DNA from: an uncultured virus (IMG/VR IMGVR_UViG_3300025030_000088)
Taxonomy: Duplodnaviria; Heunggongvirae; Uroviricota; Caudoviricetes
Reading direction: 5' to 3' (one strand)
Length of the DNA: 64,000 nt
Virus record (IMG/VR): IMGVR_UViG_3300025030_000088
Location: 1 to 64,000 of that record
The stretch's first letter is position 1, and each line of letters begins with the position of its first letter. The notes under the pieces were generated by a model that saw only the letters and a program-made list of their open reading frames with translations, searched no databases and was not told where the DNA came from. Below, piece by piece: positions 42,075 through 51,135 of the stretch. The translations under genes and the position numbers were made by a program.

Positions 42075-42711
42075 ATTAATAGTTTCAACAATTGAAGATT
42101 TTGAAGTGTTGAGTACAGAACAAATATATTATTTATTCTTCTCTGATATTAAACATGGTATTATTAAATGCAGGGAGAGATTAAGACAATTAAGAAAAAG
42201 AGGGAAAATATTATCATATAGATTAGATATAAATGAATGTAGTTATCATTTTATAGATAAAAAACCATATTATTTACAACATAACGTGAATAGAAATTGG
42301 GGATTTATGTATATAATGAATATGGTTAAATGTGAATATAAATATTTAAAGTTTGATGAAATAAGATTAGAATATTATATGAAGTGTGGTATTAGGACAG
42401 ATGGAATAATAGGATTTAAGAATTATGTGACAGGTGAATATAGATATTGGATATTAGAAAGTGATAGAAATGATAGTAGGAATAAGTTTACTAAGATTAA
42501 AAACTACAATGATAAATATGGGAATAATGGTGAGGAATATAGGAATGAGTATTGGTTTGATAGAGTAGAAAGGTTTCCACATGTATTGATTGTATGTGAT
42601 AATAATAAAAAAAGAGATAAGATATTGAATATGATTGTTGATGATAATATGAATGGTTTAAAGTTTATTGTTGTTACTGTAGATAAAATAAAAAAGATGT
42701 TGAGATTATAG
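41992..42711 (+). CDS. Replication-relaxation family protein (wHTH + PD-(D/E)xK)
   Basis: RD..I...IEDF.VLSTEQI...F, RL..L, H, IRTDG, ILESDR, FTKI.NY, FP.VLIV. Confidence 0.7.
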   Translation: MLKEMIFIIDYGNIKYMNTRQKGYYRDRLIVSTIEDFEVLSTEQIYYLFFSDIKHGIIKCRERLRQLRKRGKILSYRLDINECSYHFIDKKPYYLQHNVNRNWGFMYIMNMVKCEYKYLKFDEIRLEYYMKCGIRTDGIIGFKNYVTGEYRYWILESDRNDSRNKFTKIKNYNDKYGNNGEEYRNEYWFDRVERFPHVLIVCDNNKKRDKILNMIVDDNMNGLKFIVVTVDKIKKMLRL

Positions 42712-43138
42712 AATATGTTTAGATATTTAAAATTTATAAATTTAATAGTATATTATATAGAAGTTGAATTTATAACTTCTATTTTATTTGTATAATTTTA
42801 GGACAAGTTGAACAATATGAGTAAAGATACAAGTTACAATACATATAGGAATACATATTGTAGAAGATATGAATTTACTTATCCAATACTATATAATTAC
42901 TATAAAATTAAAACGAGTAAGAAATTAAAGAAGAAAAAATAGAAGATGGTACTAGGAAGAGATATTGTGAAGATTGAAATATGTTAAGGTACGCCCCTCT
43001 ATATAATTAACTAACAGTATAGTAATTTAGATATATTATTATTTAATTAGTATGAATATTTAATTGTTAATATTTACAAGTATAAAATTTAATTTTAAGG
43101 TTATTATAATTACAAATACGAAAGGATGGTATATTAAT

Positions 43139-43333
43139 ATGGAAGGATTATTAAAATTTAGTTCAATAGTATGTATGTGTATATTTACCTATATAGGAAA
43201 GATAATTATGGGTATTGATGTAAATGAAAATGATAAAATGATTTATAATTATATAGGTATTATTAGTATTGTAATAGGAATGTTCAGCAGTGGAATATTA
43301 GGTTATTTAGGACATAGGATGAGTGAAGATTGA
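43139..43333 (+). CDS. Small two-TM membrane protein
   Basis: ATG after GAAAGGATGG; two hydrophobic segments. Confidence 0.45.
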   Translation: MEGLLKFSSIVCMCIFTYIGKIIMGIDVNENDKMIYNYIGIISIVIGMFSSGILGYLGHRMSED

Positions 43334-43964
43334 GTATAAATTTAGATCTCCTCAAAATTATAAGTAGACAATGTAAATAGGGTTAATATAGTTAAATTTA
43401 ATTCTTTGAAATGGGGATTAATTTTTTGTAAAAAGTAGTTGTATATATAAAGTAAGAGTATAGATAATAGAAATGAAATAATAATAAAAAAAATTTACCA
43501 AAGGTGAAAAAATAATAAATCACTGTAAATCATTGTTACATAAGCGTTTAAAGCATATAGCATGGACAAGTTGTATTATATTATATACACTTTATCTGAG
43601 GGATGTTGCCTAAAATATTGTATGGTAAGGAATTGATGGTTATTTGGTTTAAGTTAAGTTTGGTAAATTTTTAGGTTGTTATTTTAAAAACATAATTAAT
43701 AATTAAATATAATAAATTATAAACAAAAATCAAAATTGTTTATATAGTTAAAAACTAACCAACGTATCCAAATTAGGTTTAGTTATATTGGTTTGGTTTT
43801 GTAAAAGTGATATAAATGTAGATAGTATAATGGATGTAGGGATGTTTAGGTAAAATATATTAACACTATTTTATATAAATTTAATGGTAAAAATATTATT
43901 CGATGTTTATGAATTTAATTTTATTTATTTGGTATATTATGAGTATATTTTAAAGTGTAATTAG

Positions 43965-43996
43965 AGTATGATTAAAGTATGATTAAAGTATGATTA
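43965..43996 (+). repeat. Tandem repeat AGTATGATTAA x3
   Basis: Direct reading of the sequence (third copy 10/11). Confidence 0.85.
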
Positions 43997-44276
43997 GGAT
44001 AAATTTAATGTGTGAGAGATTGTTGGTATTATTTGATTTGTGATATAATAAAGGAGAGTGAAATTAGTGAGTAGAGTGAGGATAAAGTAGTATTTGTTGA
44101 TAAAATTTGAACGATTTTATTGATTAGAATTAAAAATATGTGGTGTAGGAGTGATTTAAAAGTGTTTTGATTATTATGTGTAAATAGTTGTTATTTATGA
44201 TGTTGTACGATTGATTAGCGATAATCGCAAGTTAAAAATAAAATGGACGTGAAGATGCATCTGATTAGGTGGCATA

Positions 44277-44291
44277 TGATAATGATTATCA
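44277..44291. promoter_or_regulatory. Fur box (perfect 7-1-7 TGATAAT-G-ATTATCA)
   Basis: Exact match to the Fur 7-1-7 consensus. Confidence 0.7.
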
Positions 44292-44338
44292 CTCTCAATT
44301 TGTAAACTACGCCCCGGTACTGCTCCCGACTTTGAATA

Positions 44339-44366
44339 TCTCTACATAATAAACCTTATGTAGAGA
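44339..44366. other. dif-like tyrosine-recombinase site (11-6-11 perfect inverted repeat)
   Basis: TCTCTACATAA-TAAACC-TTATGTAGAGA; 28 bp; arm resembles the Firmicute dif arm TTATGTAAACT. Confidence 0.75.
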
Positions 44367-44675
44367 ATTGTTGGTTGAATATGGTAGTATTGGGAATTGT
44401 TAGAATATTTGTTTGTCGGCTGAGTGGCTGCTTGTTGTAGCTATGAGTGGTAAATGTATAATTGTATATGTGTGAGTGGCATAAATACCCTAGAATAATA
44501 TTTACATTTGATGTGGTCGTCGTGAAGCTACATAAAATAGAATTGATGATTATTCCGGTTAATATTCTCCTGCCAGCTTCGCCGGGAATAATTTTGTCGT
44601 GAATATAAATTATAGAACATTGAGTGTGAAGAATTAAGTGGTAAACTGTGAAACACAATCAAAAAATAATTATAA

Positions 44676-44691
44676 TGTTCCACGTGGAACA
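44676..44691. other. parS site
   Basis: Perfect palindrome TGTTCCACGTGGAACA matching the ParB/Spo0J parS consensus. Confidence 0.85.
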
Positions 44692-44807
44692 TTTTTAACT
44701 GCTGTCTTGTCAGGTGTATATACAGCTGTCTTGTCACATCGTTTTAGATAACAAACAGCGTTTTGTTTAACACGTTACTACTTTAACACTTTACCATACT
44801 AAAGGAT

Positions 44808-44840
44808 TTATCCACAACCTTGTTAACAAATTGTGTATAA
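44808..44840. promoter_or_regulatory. Two inverted DnaA boxes
   Basis: TTATCCACA (44808-16) and TGTGTATAA (44832-40; reverse complement TTATACACA). Confidence 0.65.
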
Positions 44841-45367
44841 CTTTTTACATCTAATACTAATTAATACTACATAATTATCACACAATTACAAAGCAATAAA
44901 CACTACAACATATAGTTATACAATCAATATCACATAGTAATATAAACTATCTAATATAGAAATGATTTCTATATAATAATCTGACAATTTAACTATTGTA
45001 TAAGTGTACTAGTAACCTCATACACTGTATCATAATGTAACATTATTGCACACTGTGTAACTTTATACAATGTATATAAGTAAACAACGTATAATAATAT
45101 ACATAATACAAAATATCTAACAATTTTAACAACTCCGACTACTAAGTCAGAACAACATAAAACATAATATACATATATCTACATATTCATATAATACAAT
45201 ATAGTATACCAGTGTATTATCTCACTCATACACTAAAATCAATCTCCCACTAAACATACATATAATACTCTACTATATACCATACTATAGTATATATAAA
45301 ACCAACAACTAATAAAACCATATACAACAGCTATTCCACAACCATGATAATAAAATGTTGATAACTT

Positions 45368-45887
45368 TGTTACCAAAAAACATAAACACATAAATATAAA
45401 ACAAGTCATCAATATTAATATCATGCTATCAAAGTGCTACCAAAAATCAATATATACCACATCATACGTTACCAATAATATAATCAACTAACATACACTA
45501 TATTACAAATCATGTTACTAATCATATTACTACTAATACTTAAATTATAAATTATCTATTATAAATCATCTATTACCATTTAATAAAGTATCACGCATTG
45601 TATATTATTACTCTATGCTACCATACATATTATCAACTATGTTACTAAAATAATATATCATGCTACCACGAATAAATATAAATTATTGCCTAATCTATTA
45701 CCTAACATGCTACCAATATAAAAGTATTATATGATACCAAATATTTAGTATCGTTACCAATATTACTATGGATATGATACCTATACATATATACCATATT
45801 ACCGCATTATGATACTATATAATACTTTACTGCTACCACATAAAACAAATATCATACTATCACATACTACCATCAATAGTGGTATCA
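45368..45887 (+). repeat. Dispersed array of YG(C/T/A)TACCA-like octamers
   Basis: TGCTACCA at 45435, 45616, 45661, 45708, 45831; YGTTACCA at 45368, 45467, 45752; TGATACCA at 45732 and inverted at 45880; plus variants. Confidence 0.75.
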
Positions 45888-46412
45888 TCTAAGTATCACT
45901 CTAATATCACCTAATATTTACCAAATCCAAATATCCACACATTAAAATCATAATACACCTACACGCATAAATAATTATACCTGTCTTAAACCCTCTCACA
46001 ACGCCAATAAACCCTATTGTAGTATACCTTAAATTTTAACGTAAAATAAAATCACATACACTAGCACCTACAGAATATAAATATAAATAAAACCAACCAC
46101 GAATCAAACAATATATTATATAAACTATTCCAAAATATCATATATAAACAAATATAAATTTTCCTCATATCTAACCAAATAAGCCTTAATTTATACTAAA
46201 AATATGTTCCATTCTAACACAATAAATCACCTTATTGTTCTATTTTAATACACTATTGTTCCATTATAGAACATGTAATTGTATCATTACAATACACTAA
46301 TAAATTCCAACACAATCCACACAACACATATCAAATATACCCTATATAGTATCATATATAAACAACCTAAAAACCCTATATATAATCACAGATACAAATT
46401 AATTAAATCACT

Positions 46413-46429
46413 ATACCCTATAAGGGTAT
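46413..46429. promoter_or_regulatory. CsoR-type operator-like palindrome
   Basis: ATACCCTATAAGGGTAT (7-3-7), resembling the B. subtilis copZA CsoR operator. Confidence 0.5.
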
Positions 46430-46521
46430 CTAACAGAATATAAATATAATAAATGGTATAAATATTGCATATAATATAGGTAGGTACATATATTTTTAAA
46501 ACGAATAAGGAGGCCGACATA

Positions 46522-46953
46522 ATGACTATTACTAGAGAGGACGCAAAAAATTATTTTATCAAATTGTCCGAAAACGAACCAGAAGATTATTATTTCCAGT
46601 TTATTGCAAAATGTGACATTGTACCTGATGAAATATTTGCTAAAATGGAAAATAGGTCAGACATACGACCGACAGTCATTGAGTATAAAATCCCTAAAGT
46701 TAAAAAACCGAGAAAACCAAGCAAAAAAGCCTATTATGCATTAATTTATAGTGGAGATAGATTTACGGAAAAAGCAACGGGATTTATTACTGGAAGTAAT
46801 AATATGCATGGTGCTAGACATATGGTATATTTAGAATTTGTTGCCAATAGCTTAATAATTGAGCAGGACGACAAGAAGTATATACCAGCTTGGATTGTAG
46901 TGGAAAAAGGACTTTGGGACTTTGTTAATAAAGATGATAAAATCACTGTATAA
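46522..46953 (+). CDS. Early-region hypothetical protein
   Basis: AAGGAGG RBS; terminator follows. Confidence 0.7.
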   Translation: MTITREDAKNYFIKLSENEPEDYYFQFIAKCDIVPDEIFAKMENRSDIRPTVIEYKIPKVKKPRKPSKKAYYALIYSGDRFTEKATGFITGSNNMHGARHMVYLEFVANSLIIEQDDKKYIPAWIVVEKGLWDFVNKDDKITV

Positions 46954-46976
46954 CCTCTTAGGAGGTTTATTTTTTT
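46952..46976 (+). terminator. Intrinsic terminator
   Basis: AACCTC-TTAG-GAGGTT followed by a T tract. Confidence 0.75.
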
Positions 46977-47350
46977 GCCTATCTATACATAATAAAATCC
47001 TTCATATAAGGCCGAATAAGACGGGTTAAATCGAATACACCTACACTAGATAGTAAGATTTCTTAAATCAACTCTCACAACAATAATTAAACATAATTAA
47101 ATAAATCTATATAATTATAATGACCTAAAATTCATATCAATTTACAATCAATAAATAAATATAAACCATAAACAACCACCAACAATATCTACAATAAACA
47201 TAAACAATTCTATCTATTATCTATATTATCTACAACACTATACAAACAATCTAACACAATATAAAAATAATACTATACAAATACACCTTGTTTTGATATA
47301 ATATTAATTGAAGTATATATAATTTTAAATTTTTGAAGGAGGATGAACAA

Positions 47351-47620
47351 ATGAAACTATCCGCATACGTCCGTGACAGATAAACTAAGCAATATAGTTA
47401 CATAACTAGAAAATACCCAACTAAATCAGAATTTAAATCCGTTCTAATCTCTAATGGATACATAGTGGTAAGAATAGACAACAATAGAGATAAAGAAGCA
47501 CAGGAACATGGCTTTAAGTCTTTTTCAGGAATGAAAAAAGGTATGTGTGAAGGGTTTGAAATAAGGGATAAAGACAGTTGGAAGAATGAAATTGAACGTA
47601 TTAATAAAATTGATTTATAA
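47351..47620 (+). pseudogene. Hypothetical gene with in-frame TAA at codon 11
   Basis: AAGGAGG RBS, MKLSAYVRDR*, then 78 more open codons in the same frame. Confidence 0.7.
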
Positions 47621-47706
47621 GAGGGTTTAAACCTCTTATAAAGTCCCTTAACACTATAATATTTTATAACACTAAGGGATTTTATAAAGGGTTTAACTAA
47701 AAGGAG

Positions 47707-48069
47707 TTGATGTCAATGGAATACAAAGGTTTTAAAATTATTTGTAACGTGCATGAAGTTAACCCAGTTTATAAAACTAAACTATCCGACCAAATTGTAA
47801 GCGCTCAGTGGGGAACTAAAGCTAAAATTGTATACCAAGATGATAATTTTAAAATTTGGCATAAAATAACCAACGCATATAAAAGAATAGGTGGATTAAC
47901 TTCACATAGATTAATTTTCCTGGCTGAATATAAATATAACAATTCTGGAATAAGTGTCTATGTTAAATATAAATCTAACCAGACAGTCCCAAAAGATGTG
48001 GAAACAATGCTTAAAAAAGTATTATGTAAAAAAATCCTAGAAGTGTATAATGTTAAAATAAGTAAATAA
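47707..48069 (+). CDS. Hypothetical protein
   Basis: AAAAGGAG RBS. Confidence 0.65.
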   Translation: MMSMEYKGFKIICNVHEVNPVYKTKLSDQIVSAQWGTKAKIVYQDDNFKIWHKITNAYKRIGGLTSHRLIFLAEYKYNNSGISVYVKYKSNQTVPKDVETMLKKVLCKKILEVYNVKISK

Positions 48070-48140
48070 TAAACTACATACAATATCCCTACATTGCCAA
48101 ATGTAACATGATGTAGGGATACATAAAAGGAGGAACCAAC

Positions 48141-48806
48141 ATGATGCACCACGAATTCTGTATTTTAACAGCTATACAAATACCATATGAGCAGTATGCC
48201 AACGAAATTGAACCATTATACATGAATTCACCTTTGCAGAAGCAAGAATTTTGCGCTAAATGGTTAAAGAAGTATAACAGAGTAAATACACCTGTTAAAC
48301 CAGCTTGCATTCTAAAGGACATTAAAAAAGACATTATATCCAGTATCAAAAATGAAATTGATAACAGGAAATATTATAACATTGAACGCAAAAAGCTAAT
48401 TGCAGAACAATACAAAGTTTTCAAATCCTATTATGATTTTTATGAAGATTTAAATGGTGACTGGTGGAAATACTTACCAGAAAATTATAGACGTACATTT
48501 ATGACTGAAAGGTTTAATTTAATCGAAAGACATAGTTGTGAATGCTCTTATCAAATTATTTATCGAGATGGTACTGAAAGAAATTTTAGTTCTGATGATA
48601 TTATAACATGGCATGAAGATGCAAAAAATATAAACTATAACAATATTGTATATATGTGGATGTCTACTGATAGTTGCGAAATAGACACTGAAAGAGGAGA
48701 ATTTTTATACGATGTATCCGAAGACAACCAATTAGAAGCCAGGGCAAAATATTTTGCTAATATTGAGATTAAATATAAAACGGCTTGGGGTTTAAAACAC
48801 TCTTAA
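48141..48806 (+). CDS. Hypothetical protein
   Basis: AAAGGAGG RBS; terminator at 48795-48825. Confidence 0.7.
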   Translation: MMHHEFCILTAIQIPYEQYANEIEPLYMNSPLQKQEFCAKWLKKYNRVNTPVKPACILKDIKKDIISSIKNEIDNRKYYNIERKKLIAEQYKVFKSYYDFYEDLNGDWWKYLPENYRRTFMTERFNLIERHSCECSYQIIYRDGTERNFSSDDIITWHEDAKNINYNNIVYMWMSTDSCEIDTERGEFLYDVSEDNQLEARAKYFANIEIKYKTAWGLKHS

Positions 48807-48882
48807 CATAGAGTGTTTATTTTTTGCTTAATTTTACTATCTACCACATCCAACACAACCACAAAATAAATAATCCCACAAT

Positions 48883-48898
48883 TGTTCCACGGGGAACA
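48883..48898. other. parS site (1 mismatch)
   Basis: TGTTCCACGGGGAACA. Confidence 0.7.
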
Positions 48899-49164
48899 CA
48901 TAGTATTAAATACTACATATAATCCATAATAACCATAATAACCAAATACAAATTATACCAAAAAACAACCACAAACAAAAAATTAAAACCTCACACAATC
49001 ACCATATACCCACCTAAAACAACACAAACTACCCTTAAATCCAATCCTAGCAACATATAAGCCTATTCACCCAATTAATTATAAAATCTAACATAAAAAA
49101 TATAAAAACCACGCATAAATTTTAATAAAAAATCATAAAATATTAAAAAAATATAAAAATAAAA

Positions 49165-49192
49165 GAAGGAATTCAGCTACCCGTTGGCGAAT
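49165..49192 (+). promoter_or_regulatory. sigmaH-type promoter
   Basis: GAAGGA-N18-GAAT (TGGCGAATAC). Confidence 0.7.
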
Positions 49193-49246
49193 ACTATATA
49201 TAGTAGTACAAATTAAAAAACAAATAAAAAAAGGAGTTGCTGAACA

Positions 49247-49621
49247 ATGGCATTAAACAAAGCTATAAAAATTAATCAGGAATTAACAAACTTATACACC
49301 GCAGGAAACAGAGACAAAAACCAATATTTTAACGTAACTAAACAATACGCCAATTTACAATTTTTATCCTTAAATAAAAACAATTCAACTTGGGAACTAA
49401 ACGGCAAAACATATACAATGTATCATAGTTTTAGCAATCTTGACATTAATTGTAATATGTTTGTGGAAGATGCTACCATGATGATTTATAGGCTAAATAA
49501 TGGCGAAGGTCACAATACTATGTCTTTGTGTGATATGATTAGAGAGGAATTATTAAAACAATTTGAAGACCAACTGCAATATGATGCAGAAAATAGAAGG
49601 AACGAAGTATACTGGATTTAA
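49247..49621 (+). CDS. Hypothetical protein
   Basis: AAAGGAG RBS downstream of the sigmaH-type promoter. Confidence 0.7.
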   Translation: MALNKAIKINQELTNLYTAGNRDKNQYFNVTKQYANLQFLSLNKNNSTWELNGKTYTMYHSFSNLDINCNMFVEDATMMIYRLNNGEGHNTMSLCDMIREELLKQFEDQLQYDAENRRNEVYWI

Positions 49622-49711
49622 TCTTTTTACATAGAGCAGGTTAATGTTATTTCCAAAAAAATTGATTTAACCTGCTTTTTATAAAGAGATTAACCAAACC
49701 AACCAAAGGAG

Positions 49712-50062
49712 GTGAAACAATTGCAAAACATACAATTTATTACAAAATATACATTAACTATCAACAAAGGCACCATCACAGAAGACATCCAAAAATTAGA
49801 AATATATAAAGAAACACCTAAAATTTATTATGTAAGAAATAACCATCCTTATAAAATCCATAAATTAGAAGATATTAACATAATAGCTTATAGTGCCTGG
49901 AATCGATATGATGGTAGTCTATCATCTTGGATTTATTTACTAGATGAAACATTAATTCCAGGATATAGGGATAAAATCCTAGATGGCTATAAAAATGGAT
50001 TAATAAACCATAAAGTAGCTATTATGCTAAATTTAGAAGTAATTATTAATTATATTAAATAA
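49712..50062 (+). CDS. Hypothetical protein
   Basis: AAAGGAGGTG RBS (true start probably TTG at 49721). Confidence 0.65.
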   Translation: MKQLQNIQFITKYTLTINKGTITEDIQKLEIYKETPKIYYVRNNHPYKIHKLEDINIIAYSAWNRYDGSLSSWIYLLDETLIPGYRDKILDGYKNGLINHKVAIMLNLEVIINYIK

Positions 50063-50076
50063 TAGGAGGTTTTACC

Positions 50077-50313
50077 ATGATTTGTATCCTATGCGACAAA
50101 GAGTATAACACAGAAAATATCCTATACTGTCCTGAGTGCGAACAAAAAATTATATCAAAATGCGGAATTCAGGACGATATAACCGAGGAAGAATTCATAG
50201 AAGAATTTCACAAACCAAGTAAATATAGCCATTATCCCGAACCAAACGAACACTACACCTGCAATTGTCGCGGGGCAGGTTGTGTCCAATGCCAACCAAA
50301 AAACTATTTATAA
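50077..50313 (+). CDS. Small Cys-rich zinc-binding protein
   Basis: CxxC..CPEC and C.C..GC..C motifs; terminator follows. Confidence 0.65.
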   Translation: MICILCDKEYNTENILYCPECEQKIISKCGIQDDITEEEFIEEFHKPSKYSHYPEPNEHYTCNCRGAGCVQCQPKNYL

Positions 50314-50489
50314 ACTAGAGCTGAAAAGCTCTTTTTTATTTTCTTTTTTCTACCCAACCAAAAATTATTTTTCAAATATAATTTAAACAATTATAAAAAT
50401 AATTGTATAAACTTATACATAATTTAATATAATATAGGTTATTTTTACTTAAAATAATTTAAGAAATAATAAAATAAATATCTTAAAAA

Positions 50490-50516
50490 GAAGGTATTAA
50501 AAATCTTTTGGCGAAT
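50490..50516 (+). promoter_or_regulatory. sigmaH-type promoter
   Basis: GAAGGT-N17-GAAT (TGGCGAATAC). Confidence 0.65.
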
Positions 50517-50561
50517 ACTATAGTAGCAACAAAATAATAAATACATAGGAGGAATACAACA

Positions 50562-50726
50562 ATGATTAACACCAACACAACCAACTTTTGGGTATGGATA
50601 ACCGCATTGAACGAAAATAATTCCCCATTTGAATTTTTAGAACGAATAGTAGCAAAAAATCGTTACCAGGCCGAAGCTAAAGCCCTAGATCAATACCGTT
50701 GGGCACAATCAGCCAAAGCAGTATAA
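50562..50726 (+). CDS. Small hypothetical protein (54 aa)
   Basis: AGGAGG RBS, own promoter and terminator; MINTNTTNFWVW...AKAV. Confidence 0.65.
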   Translation: MINTNTTNFWVWITALNENNSPFEFLERIVAKNRYQAEAKALDQYRWAQSAKAV

Positions 50727-51043
50727 AATATAAATATAAATAAACCCCTCACTGGGTTTATTTTTTTGCTCATCCCTAACAATTCCATGCCTCACACAAT
50801 CAATTTTAAGACCACTATAATATAATTTACATACTCCAACACCTATAATTCCTTAAATCGACTCTACAACGATAATTATATAAACATAGATATAATAATT
50901 ATTCAATCAATTATCTATCAACTATCTAACAACCTTCTAACCATATTAAATAGTTATACAAATATATATAAACATATACATAATATCTATGTCCGAACCA
51001 ACAAAAAATAAAAATAAAAATCTAAAAAATATCTAATAAAAAA

Positions 51044-51071
51044 GAAGGATAAAACAAGGCCGATGGCGAAT
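51044..51071 (+). promoter_or_regulatory. sigmaH-type promoter
   Basis: GAAGGA-N18-GAAT (TGGCGAATAC). Confidence 0.7.
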
Positions 51072-51135
51072 ACTATATATAGTAGTACAATTTATTTTTA
51101 CATTCTTAAAATTATATCAATAGGAGGTTGAAAAA

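Noticed and set aside
44356..45424. Minus-strand ORFs 44356-44658, 44528-44737 and 45239-45424
   Set aside because: No convincing RBS; composition reflects strand skew; they overlap dif-like, parS and operator sites.
45368..45925. CRISPR array
   Set aside because: Repeats are only ~8 bp, degenerate and irregularly spaced; no cas genes.
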